Below are positions 37,770-51,095 of a DNA stretch of 64,000 bases, in pieces. Each line of letters opens with the position of its first letter. Position 1 is the first letter of the stretch. The notes under the pieces were generated by a model that was not told the DNA's origin, did no database searches, and saw nothing but the letters and a program-made list of their open reading frames with translations. Origin of the DNA: Malacoraja senta. Taxonomy: Eukaryota. The position numbers and the translations under genes are program-made. The stretch is from the NCBI GenBank assembly GCA_038087875.1, contig JAXLNO010005917.1, forward strand, positions 1-64,000, read 5' to 3'.

Positions 37770-38285
37770 GTTGAGTTTAGTTTATTGTCACTTGTGCCGA
37801 GGTGCAGTGAAAAGGTTTTGTTGCGTGCTAACCAGTCAGAGGAAAGACAATACATGATTACAATTGAGCCATCTACAGTGTACAGAAACATGATGAAGGG
37901 AAGTTTAACGTAAATAACGTTTAGTGCAAGATAAAGCCAGTAAAGTCCAATCAAAGATAGTCTGAGGGTCTCCAATGTGATAGATAGTTAAGGGCCTGTC
38001 CCACTTTCACAACCTAATTCACGACCTTTTTTACTCGTGGACATTTTTCATCATGCTAGAAAAAACGCTGCGACCTACTTGATGCCACGAGTACCTACGA
38101 CTAACATCATGGCCTGCTACGACCTACCTACGACCTCCTATGACCTCGTGACGACCATGCTGCGAGTATGACTCAAGGGCAGAGGTCGTGAATTAGGTCG
38201 TGAAAGTGGGACAGGCCCTTAACTCAGGACTGCTCTCTAGTTGTGGTAGGATGGTTCAGTTGCCTGACAACAGCTGGGAAGAGTC
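37770..38285 (-). mobile_element. Rex1-like LINE 3' end interrupted by a MITE
   Basis: FPAVVRQLN then a 3'UTR ending TTTTCACTGCACCTCGGCACAAGTGACAATAAACTAAAC. Related copies at about 50540-50765, 51820-52030, 55430-55700 and 57210-57480. Confidence 0.7.
37992..38218. mobile_element. MITE with ~35-bp TIRs flanked by TTAA
   Basis: TTAA-GGGCCTGTCCCACTTTCACAACCTAATTCACGACC...GGTCGTGAATTAGGTCGTGAAAGTGGGACAGGCCC-TTAA; internal ACGACCT repeats. Confidence 0.9.
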
Positions 38286-38978
38286 GGGTCTTCAAAACAC
38301 TGGGATTAATTATCCTCACCAGGTTTTCCTTTCTATTAGAACAATCTAATGATAGAATATCAACTTAATCTGTGATTTCCAATGGATGCCAAAAGAGATA
38401 GCTAAACTTAAATATTACTTATTTGTTGTTAAATGTAAATAATAGAGCTTTGAAATTCTACATCCAGCAAGTTCTTGGTTGTCATGCCAGTATTTCAGCC
38501 ACTGAGCGGGCACATAGGGGCCCATTTATGAACCACTCTATCTGTCGTTCATCAGATCGTGTCTTGGACACATACTAACTGCTGAGTAATATGTAAGTAA
38601 AATTCCTCTATTCATTGTGGATCCCTTCTTAATGCTATTCGGTCCAGACCTGACATTGACTCCAGATATTATAATTATAGTATAATTGAGTGATACTTGC
38701 ATAAGGGGTTCATTCATGACATACCGATTGGTTTCCGGTTTGTTTTTCTTAAGATTATGATTTAAGATATATGTGTATTTTAATCCATTTTTCAAACGTA
38801 TAAAACTTTAAGAGTTTTGAAAGGTTTACTGCTCCAAGTTTATTTTTGGTTGGAGTCATAAACTTATGCAGTGTGGAAACAGGCTCTTCGGCCCAACTTG
38901 CCCATACCGACAGCATATCTCATCTACACTAGTCCCACCTGACTGCATTTGGGCCATATTCCTCTAAACCTGTCCTAT

Positions 38979-41118
38979 CATAGAAACATAGAAAATAGGT
39001 GCAGGAGTAGGCCATTTGACCGAGCCTGCACCGCCATTCAATATGATCATGGCTGATCATCCAACTCAGTATCCTGTACCTGCCTTTTCTCCATACCCCC
39101 TGATCCCTTTAGCCACAAGGGCCACATCTAACTCCCTCTTAAATATAGCCAATGTACTGGCCTCAACTACCTTCTGTGGCAGAGAATTCCAGAGATTCAC
39201 CACTCTCTGTGTGAAAAATGTTTTTCTCATCTCGGTCCTAAAAGATTTCCCCTTTATCCTTAAACTGTGACCCCCTTGTCCTGGATTTCCCCAACGTCGG
39301 GAACAATCTTCCTGCATCTAGCCTGTCCAACCGCTTAAGAATTTTATAAGTTTCTATAAGATCCTCCCTCAATCTTCTAAATTCTAGCGAGTACAAGCCG
39401 AGTCTATCCAGTCTTTATTCATATGAAAATCCTGACATCCCAGGAATCAGCCTGGTGAACCTTCTCTGTACTCCCTCTATGGCAAGAATGTCTGTCCTCA
39501 GATTTGGAGACCAAAACTGTACGCAATACTCCAGGTGTGGTCTCACCAAGACCCTGTACAACTGCAGTAGAACCTCCCTGCTCCCATACTCAAATCCTTT
39601 TGCTATGAATGCTAACATACCATTCGCTTTCTTCACTGCCTGCTGCACCTGCATGCCTACTTTCAATGACTGGTGTACCATGACACCCAGGTCTCGTCGC
39701 ATCTCCCCTTTTCCTAATCGGCCACCATTCATATAATAGTCTACTTTCCTGTTTTTGCCACCAAAGTGGATAACCTCACATTTATCCACATTATACTGCA
39801 TCTGCCATGCATTTGCCCACTTACCCAGCCTATCCAAGTCACCTTGCAGCCTCCTAGCATCCTCCTCACAGCTAACACTGCCCCCCAGCTTCGTGTCATC
39901 CGCAAACTTGGAGATGTTGCATTCAATTCCCTCGTCCAAATCATTAATATATATTGTAAATAGCTGGGGTCCCAGCACTGAGCCTTGCGGTACCCCACTA
40001 GTCACTGCCTGCCATTCTGAAAAGGACCCGTTTACTCCTACTCTTTGCTTCCTGTTTGCCAGCCAGTTCTCTATCCACATCAATACTGAACCCCCAATAC
40101 CGTGTGCTTTAAGTTTGTATACTAATCTCTTATGTGGGACCTTGTCGAAAGCCTTCTGAAAGTCCAGATATAACACATCCACTGGTTCTCCCTTATCCAC
40201 TCAACTAGTTACATCCTCGAAAAAGTCTATAAGATTCGTCAGACATGATTTACCTTTCGTAAATCCATGCTGACTTTGTCCAATGATTTCACCACTTTCC
40301 AAATGTGCTGCTATCCCATCTTTAATAACTGATTCTAGCAGTTTCCCCACTACCGATGTTAGACTAACTGGTCTGTAATTCCCCATTTTCTCTCTCCCTC
40401 CATTTTTAAAAAGTGGGGTTACGTTAGCTACCCTCCAATCCTCAGGAACTGCTCCAGAATCTAAGGAGTTTTGAAAAATTATCACTAATGCATCCACTAC
40501 TTCTGGGGCTACTTCCTTAAGAACTCTGGGATGCAGCCTATCTGACCCTGGGGATTTATCGGCCTTTAATCCATTCAATTTACCTAACACCACTTCCCGG
40601 CTAACCTGGATTTCACTCAGTTCCTCCATCTCATTTCACCCGCGGTCCCCTGCTATTTCCGGCAGATTATTTATGTCTTCCTTAGTGAAGACAGAACCAA
40701 AGTAGTTATTGAAATGGTCTGCCATATCCTTGTTCCCCATGATCAATTCATCTGTTTCTGACTGCAAGGGACCTACATTTGTTTTAACTAATATTTTTCT
40801 CTTCACATATCTATAAAAACTTTTGCAGTCAGTTTTTATGTTCCCTGCCAATTTTCTTTCATAATCTATTTTCCCTTTCCTAATTAAGCCCTTTGTCCTC
40901 TGCTGGACTCTGAATTTCTCCCAGTCCTCTGGTAGGCTGCTTTTTCTGGCTAATTTGTACGCTTCATCTTTTGTTTTGATACTATCTCTAATTTTCTTTG
41001 TTATCCACGGATGCACTACCTTCCCTGATTTATTCTTTTGCCAAACTGGGATGAACAATTGTTGTAGTTCATCCATGCCGTCTTTAAATGCCATCCATTG
41101 CATATCCACCATCAACCC
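38979..41118 (-). mobile_element. Relatively young 5'-truncated CR1 LINE (ORF2 RT)
   Basis: ORFs 39415-41115 carry NYRPVSL, YLDFQKAFDKV, GVPQGSVLGP and FADD; (TTCTATGT) tail at about 38980. Inserted into an older CR1/HER1 3' fragment (38860-38978 and 41120-41440). Confidence 0.95.
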
Positions 41119-42114
41119 TTTATATCCATATACCTGTCTAAATGTTTCTTAAACGGTACAATACTATCTGCCTCAACTACCTCCTCTGGCAGTTTGTTCC
41201 ATTCACTCACCACCCTCTGTGTGAAAAAGTTACCCCTCAGGTTCCTATTAAATCTTTCCCCCCTCACCTTAAACCTATATCCTCTGGTTCTTGATTCCTC
41301 TACTTTTGTACACCTCCATAAGATCACCCTCATCCTCCTGTGCTCCAAGGAATATAGTTCTAGCCTGCTCAACCTCTCACTATAACTCAGGCCCTTGAGT
41401 CCTGGCAACATTCTTGTAAATCTTCTCTACTCCCTTTCCATGTTGTATTCTGTGCAATTATACTGTAGACACGTATGGTTTAATAGGTTTAAGAAAGAAC
41501 TGCAGATGCTGGAACAATCAACGGTAGACAAAAAATGCTGGAGAAACTCAGCGGGTGAGGCAGCATCTATGGAGAGAAGGAATAGGCAATGTTTCGGGTC
41601 AAGACCCTTCTCTGCCTTTAAGAGCAGAAAAGCAGATTTGAGGTAGAATGTGAAAATGAAAGACTGGAAGGTGGCAGTGGTTACAGTGCAGGCAGTCATG
41701 TCTGCAGCAAGTCTTCCGCACCTCCTACCTCAACTCTGGGAGCAATGAATGTAGGTCTATCGCTTCACAAAGGAACTTTGTCAGCAGGTACTTCGAAGCA
41801 GAATATGGAAAGCACTCTTTGCAGCTATCAATGCCGATATGACCTCGACTTTTATACAATCCGCCTATTTAAGGCTGCAGCAGAGATCAGCGACAAGTTA
41901 TAGTTCAAATACTTACAAGATTTTTTGACGCTGCTGTGAAATCATATTGTTCTAATACACTTAGGTTCTTGTCCACTGTGATCACCATGTTGTTCTGTGA
42001 TCCAGGAAAACTGAAGTGCAAATAAATAATTTTTTTATAACTTAACCTCAACAACAAATACTCAGGGATATGTACCGGTATTGAAATGTGACCACATTAG
42101 GAAGTACACGCTCC

Positions 42115-42400
42115 TGGGCAGTACAGTGGCACAATGGTAGAGTTGCTTCCACCGCCAGAGAGCTGGGTTTGATCCCGACTACGGGTGCTGTCTGTACGGA
42201 GTTTGTACGTTCTCCCCAGACCCTCGTGAGTTTTTTCTGAGATCTTCGGTTTCCAGGTTTGTAGGTTGATTGGCTTGGTATGATTGTAAATTGTTCCTGG
42301 TGTGTGTAGGATAGTGTTAATATGCGGAGATCACAGGTTGGTGCGGACTCGGTGGGCCAAAGGGCCTGTTTGCTCGCTGTATCTCTAAACAAAACTAAAT
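42115..42400 (+). mobile_element. HE1-type V-SINE
   Basis: Consensus match with a small internal deletion. Confidence 0.82.
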
Positions 42401-43099
42401 GCATTTAATACACACGCATGATACATCTATATGTATATCCCTAACAAGGTTAATCATTATTTTGGGGAGAGATGGTGTAATCCACATCCATACCATCAGA
42501 AAGTAGAAATAGCCACGTCCTGTCTAATGTATTAGGAAAATGAAATTCCCACAAAAAAAATACTTGGAAAATAAATATCTAGTGTTTATTCAATGAAACA
42601 AAATGGAACATCAAATACAATAGTTTGTTATAATAGAGTGCCTCAAGCTATAATGCATTGCTATGAATGTCAAAAAATTATTAAAGAATGAAATTAAGTC
42701 CTAAGCAAACAATGTTTTCCAATACTCTCAGAAATAAAACACCTTATTATTGGCATTAAATTACTTGTTATTCATAACTTCTTAGCAACATGTTTTGCAA
42801 GGAAATTGGAAGATATAATGGTTCATGTCTCACACAGAAACGTCAGCTTTTCATTGTACCTCGGTACACATGACAAAAAAATAAACTAAACAAAAGCAGG
42901 TCTGTGCAATGTGCAGGCATTTCTCAGTGTGTCAACACATTTAAGATTCCCAATGCAAGCTCAAAGTCCATAACTTCCTGGCCATTTATTCCCAGTGATT
43001 TCCCAAATGTGCTTCAATATTGGACTGCACGTGGAGCATATACCTGCATCAACTCCCAGCAGGACACACTTGGTGAAGGAATAAATACTCCAATTATTT

Positions 43100-44378
43100 G
43101 AGCAAAACAAATGGCAGGCCAGGCAGCATCTGTGGAGGCAAATGGACAGTTCACGTTTCGGGTCAGCAACCTTCTACAGTCTGAGTTCCTCCAGCAGTTT
43201 GTTTTTTGTTCAGGATTTTCTCAGAAGAGAACCAGTATCAGTTACATTTATGTGTAGGGAGGTACTGCAGCTGCTGGTTTAAACTGAAGACAGACGCAAA
43301 GAGCTGGAGTAACTCAGTGGGTCAGGCAACATCTCTGGAGAAAAGGAAAGGGTCGAGGTCTGAAGAAGGCACGACCCAAATAGTCACCTATTCCTTATCT
43401 CCAGAGGTGCTGACTGGCCCGCTGAGTTACTCCAGCATGTTGTCTCGATCTAAGGTTGTACGAAGGTGAAAGTAAGATTAATGCTTGCTGTAACTGTAGT
43501 TTGTAAATCAGAAGAGATTGATGTGATATTTGGAAATAAGTGAAGGAGCTTTAGGGCTGAGGACATGGATGGAAAATGTCTTTCCTTCAACTAATAGCTC
43601 CTGCTTCTTTTGGTTGAACTCAGCCTCTCCAGCAAGAGAAGGATACATTAGTATCACAGAATGTAATGAAATGTGGGGGTGCTGCGACTGTCAGGGTTGA
43701 GTTACCTACACTGTTCACCTGCAGTGAATTGTGGATATGAGATAGGCAGCAATGCTCTGTGCAAGGTTGGGTCAAAGGATGTAAATTGACCGGGTGTGAA
43801 AATGAACTAGAGAGGCGACACGAGGAACTATCGATGCTGGTTTACAAAAAAAGGACAAAAAGTGCTGGAGTAACTCTGCGAGTCAGGCAGCATCACCGGA
43901 GACCGTGGATAGATAACATTTTGGGTTATCGGACCAAAGATGGGTCTTGACCTGACACGTCTCCTGTCCATGTTCCCCAGAGATGTTGACTGAGCTACTG
44001 AGTTACTCCAGCCCTTTGTGAAAATGGACCAGTAATGTTTGGTGAAAGACACAAAGTGCTGGAGTAACTCAGCGGGGCAGGCAGTATCTCTGGAGAAAAA
44101 GGATGGGTGACATTTCAGGTCGGGACCCTTCTTCAGACTCAATCACAGAAGGGGAATAGTGAGAGAGGGTCTCACAGAACTCCCGTCGGAGAGAGGAGGG
44201 GGACTTCTTCAAAGTAGGCATACCTTGAGGAGATTTCGCAGTGGAGCAGACTAAATGTGTAGAAAGAAACTGCAGATGCTGGTTTCACATAGTGCTGGAG
44301 TAACTCAGCGGATCAGGCAGTATCTCTGGAGAAAAAGGATGGGTGATATTTTGGGTCGGGACCCTTCTTCAGACTGGC
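43100..44378. mobile_element. Cluster of PLE pLTR copies, tandem and inverted
   Basis: At least six GCTGGAGTAACTCAG / CTGAGTTACTCCAGC units; cores at about 43150, 43356, 43940, 44105 and 44341. Confidence 0.75.
44105..44140 (-). ncRNA. Minimal type I hammerhead ribozyme motif
   Basis: Minus strand AGT-CTGAAGA-AGGGTCCCGACCT-GAAA-TGTC-ACC. Confidence 0.65.
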
Positions 44379-45291
44379 TTTAGTGATTTGTGTTTTCAAC
44401 AGAAATTTTCCAAGGCACAAATGGAAGATTTAATCTTTTAGGTGCATTCTGGATTTTAGATGTTGATGATCACCTTTGTTATCCCTATCCAACTACAGTT
44501 TGTTTCTTTAGCTTAGTGCAGTCAAATCCTTTTACTGGACATGAATTCAATGTCAGTGATAAAGATACCTGCACTTGCCGATGAACTGCATGCAGTAGTC
44601 CCCTGGTCCCTTTATACTGCCAGCTGGCCGAACCCCATGTGGTTGTCAGTCCTTTTCAATGTAAGTTCCTTCATTTGACAGCGAGTCAAATCTTGCAAAC
44701 AAAACAGCTGCACAAACTTTAATAGCTGACTAAGTCAAGCTCCCTGACTTATCTGGCTGTCATCCCTGCCAGTAACTATGAATGGTTTGCAATGTCAGGA
44801 ATATACAAAAGCACTTTAACATTTTTTTTTAAATGAACGAATTAAAATTTAAGACATTAACAGAGTAAAATGCTACATACATCTCAAGAATCAAATAAAG
44901 TAACTGAAGAATTAGATCAAATAAATATGAATGTATCTGAAAACAGGCAGCGGGGCAGGCAGCATCTCTGGCAAAAAGGAATAGGTGATGTTTTGGGTGA
45001 GAACCTTTCTTCAGATTGAAGATGGCCATCGGGTGATGCAGAGTGGTGCAGATAAGGAAGTGTTGAGTTGGTGATGTGCTTTTCTGTGCTCTTTTATATT
45101 GAACACAGGGCCTTGAATGCACCAAGGGTTTCATGTGCCAGTTGGTCAGCTTTCCTCTATAGCTGCCCATTGGCCTTCATCAGAGGTCCCTGCAGCAGAA
45201 CACATATGTAACTCTGTGGAAACAAGGAAGTGCAGATGCTGGTTAACACAAAAGGACAAGGGAAGGGTCCTGACCTGAAACGTCACCTATA

Positions 45292-46931
45292 CAGTGCCCA
45301 TCATAATGTTTGGGACAAAGACCCATCGTTTATTTATTTGCCTCTGTACTCCACAATTTGAGATTTGTAGCGGAAAAAATCACATGCAGTTAAAGTGCAC
45401 ATTGTCAGATTTTAATAAAGGTAAGATATTTTATATATTTTGGTTTCACCATATATAAATTACAGCAGTGTTTATACATAGTCCCCCCCATTTCAGGGCA
45501 CCATAATGTTTGGGACACAGCAATGTCATGTAAATGAAAGTAGTCATGTTTAGTATTTTGTTGCATATCCTTTGCATGCAATGACTGCTTGAAACCTACG
45601 ATTCATGGACATCACCAGTTGCTGGGTGTCTTCTCTGATGATGCTCTGCCAGGCCTGTATTGCAGCCATCTTTAGCTTATGCTTGTATTGAGGCCTAGTC
45701 CCCTTCAGTTTTCACTACAGCATATCAAAGGCATGCTCAAATGGGTTCAGATCGGGTGATTGACTTGGCCACTCAAGAATTGACCATTTTTTAGCTTTGA
45801 AAAACTGCTTTGTTGCTTTAGCAGTATGTTTGGGATCATTGTCTTGCTGTAGAATGAACCGCCGGCCAATGAGTTTTGAGGCATTTGTTTGAACTTGAGC
45901 AGATAGGATGGGTCTATACACTTCAGAATTCATTATGCTACTACCATCAGCAGTTGTATGATCAATAAAGATAAGTGAGCCAGTACCTTCAGCAGCTATA
46001 CATGCCCAGGCCATAACAGCCCCACCACCGTGTTTCACAGATGAGGTGGTATGCTTTGGATCTTGGGCAGTTCCTTCTCTCCTCCATATTTTGCTCTTGC
46101 CATCACTCTGATATAAGTTAATCTTCAGCTCATCTGTCCACAAGACCTTTTTCCAGAACTGTGGTTGCTCTTTTAAGTACTTCTTGGTAAACTGTAACCT
46201 GGCCATCCTATTTTTGCAGCTAACCAGTGGTTTGCATCTTGCCGTGCAGGCCCTGTATTTCTGTTCATGAAGTCTTCTGCGGACAGTGGTCATTGACAAA
46301 TCCACACCTGACTCCTGAAGAGTGTTTCTGATCTGTCGGACAGGTGTTTGGGGACTTTTCTTTATTATAGTGAGAATTCTTCTGTCATTAGCTGTGGAGG
46401 TCTTCCTTGGCCTGCCAGTCCCTTTGCGATTAGTAGGCTCACCAGTGTCACTTTCTTCTTAATGATGTTCCAAACGGTTGATTTTGGTAAGCCTAAGGTT
46501 TGGCTGATGTCTCTAACAGTTTTATTCTTGTTTCTCAGTCTCATAATGGATTCTTTGACTTTCATTGGCACAACTTTGGTCCTCATGTTGATAAACACCA
46601 ATAAAAGGTTCCATAGGTGATAAAAGTTTCCAAAGGTGAGCTCTCTTATACCTGCATTAAGGAGGCATTTAAACACACCTGAGCAATTACAAACACCTGT
46701 GAAGCTATGTGTCCCAAACATTATGGTGCCCTGAAATGGGGGACTATGTATAAACACAGCTATAATTTCTACATGGTGAAACCAAAATGCATAAAAATAC
46801 CCTTTAATAAAAGCTGACAATGTGCACTTTAACCACGTTTGATTTTTTTTTAATTACAATCTCAAACTGTGGAGTACAGAGGCAAATAAATAAATGATGG
46901 GTCTTTGTCCAAAACATTATGGAGGGCACTG
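45292..46931 (-). mobile_element. Second Tc1 transposon (different family, IR/DR TIRs), defective
   Basis: TA-CAGTGCCC...GGGCACTG ends; ~225-bp TIRs with internal CATAATGTTTGGGACA repeats. Transposase motifs WTDE, QQDNDPKH and SPDLNPFE. Confidence 0.93.
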
Positions 46932-48044
46932 AACTTTTCCTCCAGAGATGCTGCCTGACCCGCTGAAATACTCCAGCATTTGTGCCTATCTGCGGTATCA
47001 ACCAGCATCTGCAGTTCCTTCCTACACACTCAGTATAATCTTAACCTTGTACATTTCATAATTGTACTCAGGCATTACAGCCACATGAGACCCTTGAGCA
47101 GGGTGAGTGCGGTGATGAAGATTCACTCTCGGGGGATTTCACACAAACAGCCACCACCTCAGATATTGACACAGCGTACAATTTAGCATCGAGGTGAGAT
47201 CTGACTATGCAGAGGTACAGAGTTCAAGTGCCATGCAGCCAATGCAGGAGCCAGGAGAATTCAGATGCCTGCGATCGCAGAACAGTTACACATGAAAGGA
47301 CACAAATTGCTGGGGTCAAATTCAGTGTGGTATTTGTGAGTGTGATGCTCTCCTTGTGCACAAGTAAATAAAGTGTGACTGGAAAAGAGTGCATGTTGTC
47401 AGAGTGCTATATTATTCAGCGATGACGTGGTCAGATGCTTGGCTGGAATCAATGGCTGGGAACAGACTAAAGTGTGGCCAGAACTGGGGGTGCGTGTGTC
47501 TATTGGTTTGTGAGGCGACGGCTGGAGTGTGGCCCCATTGTGGGTGGCTGTGTGGGAGGGTTGGGTGAGAGTGGAGTGAGTGAGTGTGTCTGTATATGGC
47601 AGGAGAATGGGGTTAGGAGGGAGAGATCAGCCATGATTGAACAGCGGAGTAGACTTGATGTAGCCGCAGTAGCCGAATGGCCCAATTCTGCTCCTGTCAA
47701 TTATGATCTTATGATCTATATGTGAGTGTGCTAGTTGGCACCTATGTGTGGGCCAACCTATATGTAAGCCTACAGATGCTGTTTACACTGAAGATAGACA
47801 CAAAATGCTGGAGTAACTCAGCGGGACAGGTAGCATATCTGGAGAGAAGGAATGGGTGACGTTTCTTCAGACTTATTTGTGAGCATTAATACATAATCCC
47901 CATGTAACAGAACATGATTCCAATTGACAGAACTCTTTGCCACTGGATCTGGACCTTGCCCTTTATACCCACCGTGTGTATGCGAGGCTTACTTCATATT
48001 TTTTGAAATCACACACTAGCATTGTCCAAAATCAACCCCCTCAA

Positions 48045-49385
48045 AGTCAAGTCAAGTCAAGTCACTTTTATTTATATAGCACATTTAAAAAACAACTCTC
48101 ATTGGCCAAAGTGCTTTACATTGGTATAAGAATAGTATAACAAACAACAGTGGTTCATAGATTAAATACAAACATCACTACATACATATAGCCCTCACTC
48201 AGAGGATGTCAAGAAAGGCTTGGGAGTAGAGATGAGTTTTAAGTCTCGACTTAAAGGAGTCGATGGAGGGGGCAGTTCTGATGGGAAGAGGGATGCTGTT
48301 CCACAATCTAGGAGCTGCAACCGCAAAGGCGTGGTCGTCCCTGAGCATATGCCTAGACCGCGGGATGTTCAGCAACCCCAAGTCAGCCGATCTGAGGGAC
48401 CTGGAGGTGCTGTGGTGGGTAAGCAGACTTTTAATGTAGGTGGGGGCAAGCCCATTGAGGGCTTTGTAGACATAAAAGAGGATCTTGAAATTTATACGGA
48501 ACCGCACAGGGAGCCAGTGGAGAGAGGCCAGGATCGGGGTGATGTGGTCCCTTTTTCGGGTGCCCGTCAGGATTCTCGCTGCGGCGTTTTGGACCAGTTG
48601 CAGGCGGGACAGGGAAGATTGGCTGATGCCAGTGTAGAGGGAGTTGCAGTAATCTAGGCGGGAGGAGATAAATGTGTGGATGATCTTTTCGAGGTCATCA
48701 AACTGGAGGAATTGTTTTATTTTAGCTATCGTCCGAAGCTGAAAGAAGCTAGATTTTACCACGGCATTGACTTCTTCGATAATTTTCGGTGCTGAGTCAA
48801 ATATCACACCAAGGTTTTGGACGTGAGGTTTGAGTAGTGGGGTAAGGCTTCCAAGGCTGCCTGCTATCATTTTGATTGAGTCCGAGGGGCCGAGAAGGAT
48901 GACCTCAGACTTACTCTCGTTTAGTTGGAGGAAGTTCTGGGCTATCCAACACTTTATATCCTCGAGGCAGCGGATAAGGATAAGCAGATTTGATTGGTTT
49001 TTGGGCTTATGGGGGAGATAGAGTTGTGTATCGTCTGCGTAGCAATGGAAGGAAATGCCGTGCCTTTCAATGACTTGGCCTAAGGGGAGCATATACTGGG
49101 AGAAGAAGATGGAACCTTGCATCGAGCAGAGGCTAGCTGGGGAGGAGAAAGAGTTGCCTATGTTAGTAGAGAAACACCTACCTTTGAGGTAGGAGATGAA
49201 CCAGCTCAGGGCAGTGCCATCAATACCAACCCCGTACCGGAGACGGTCAATTAGGATGGTGTGGTCGACTGTATCAAATGCTGCGCTGAGGTCGAGAAGG
49301 AGCAGGATTGCACAGTCGCCGGAGTCAACGGTGAGCAGTAGGTAACGGTGAGCAGTAGGTCATTGTGTACCTTCAACAAGGCAGA
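48045..49385 (-). mobile_element. L2-clade LINE, 5'-truncated
   Basis: HCYADDTQLY, SRLDYCNSL and LVQNAAARIL...HITPILASLHWLPV; (TTGAC)n tail at 48045-48064. Confidence 0.92.
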
Positions 49386-50766
49386 CTTAAACTCTTCCTC
49401 TTCACCAATGCCACCCCAACTTCCCTCCCTGCTTCTCCCTCTAGTGTCCTTCCCCACCCTATCCCATCCCATAACTGTGCCAATCCATGCCCCTTCCTCT
49501 TCACCTTCACTCCTGAAAACCCATTCTACTAAGCATCCTGCCCCGAAACGTCATGTATCCACTTTCTCCAGAGATGCTGCCTGATCCGCTGAGTTACTCC
49601 AGCATTTTGCGTCTGTTTATACAATTCATGTTTACTTGTACCATTCTCCATATCGGGAGAGGTTCATGGATAACTTAAGTTATCTAGGACCAAGTTTTTG
49701 AAAGTCATTCAGGGGAGAAAACAACCAGCTGTAATATGAATGGGTTAAATTCTATCAAACAATCATCATCATTTTAATACATTCAACAAATCTAAAAGCC
49801 TGATCTAAGAACTGCCTCTGCTGTGGATGTGTTTGTTTCAGAGCACTGATTACATTATCAAAACATCACATGCTTTTCGGTCGAAGCAATCCACCTGCAG
49901 CTCAAAGGTTTCCATTCGCAACCTTATTTGGATAATTGGCTGGAAATAGCTTTGTTCAAAAAGGTCAGAGTGAACTGTTTAGATTACATCCTCCACAAGA
50001 CAGCATATAAAGCCCTTGGAAAATCGAAGGCGCAGATTCAAAGTTCCCAGAGTATTATCTTAATAGGAACCAAATTCAAATCATAGTCACTGTGCCAGAG
50101 GAGCATGAGGAATGCAGGAGATACAGCCAAAATCTGATCTTCAGCAATTTTGAGAGCTCATAAACTTGACATTAATGGAAGCAGAGGACTGCATATCTCC
50201 TACAAAGTACAATATAAAACAAGTTTGAAAGCTATATACTAAACAATACAAAGTGGCTTAATCCAAACACACTAATCAGTTGCCAAATATAGTTAGTCAC
50301 ATAACTATATCAGAATTAGAATATATTTTATGTGATAGGAGCAAAATTAGGCCATTCGGCCCATCAAGTCTACTCCTCCATACAATCATGTAGACTCTCC
50401 TTCCTAACCCCATTATCCTGCCTTCTCCCCATAACCCCTGACACCCATACTAATCAAGAACCTTTTGCAACAAATATTTTGTATTTCGAAAGCATTGGTT
50501 CTAATCGGACAACACATCTTGCCTGTACACATTAGTCTACCAACTACTAGAACTATTATCTATCTCATTGGAGACCCTCAGACTATCTTTGATCAGACAT
50601 TACTGTCTTTATCTTGCATTAAACGTTATTCATGTCATTCCCTTGATCATGTATCTGTACACTGTGGATGGCTCGATTATAATCATGTATTGTCTTTCCG
50701 CTGACTGGTTAGCATGCAACAAAAGCTTTTTTCTGTACCTCGGTACACATTACAATAAATTAAACT

Positions 50767-51095
50767 GGGCGGCACGGTGGCGCAAGGGTAGAGTTGCTGC
50801 CTTACAGCACTTACAGCGCAAGAGACCCGGGTTCGGTCATGGCTATGGTGCTGTCTGTACAGAGTTTGTACGTTCTCCCTGTGATCTGCATGGGTTTCCT
50901 CCAAGAACTTTGGTTTCTTCCCACACTCCAAAGATGTACAGGTTTGTAGGTTAATTGGCTTGGAATGATTGTAAAAATATGGCCCTAGTGTAAGACAGCA
51001 TTGATGTGCGGGGATTGCTGGTTGGTGCTGATTCGGTGGGCTGAAGGGGCTGTTTCCGCTCTATATCTCTAAATTAAAACTAAAACTAAACTAAA
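50767..51095 (+). mobile_element. HE1-type V-SINE
   Basis: GGGCGGCACGGTGGCGC head, V domain and tail. Confidence 0.85.
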
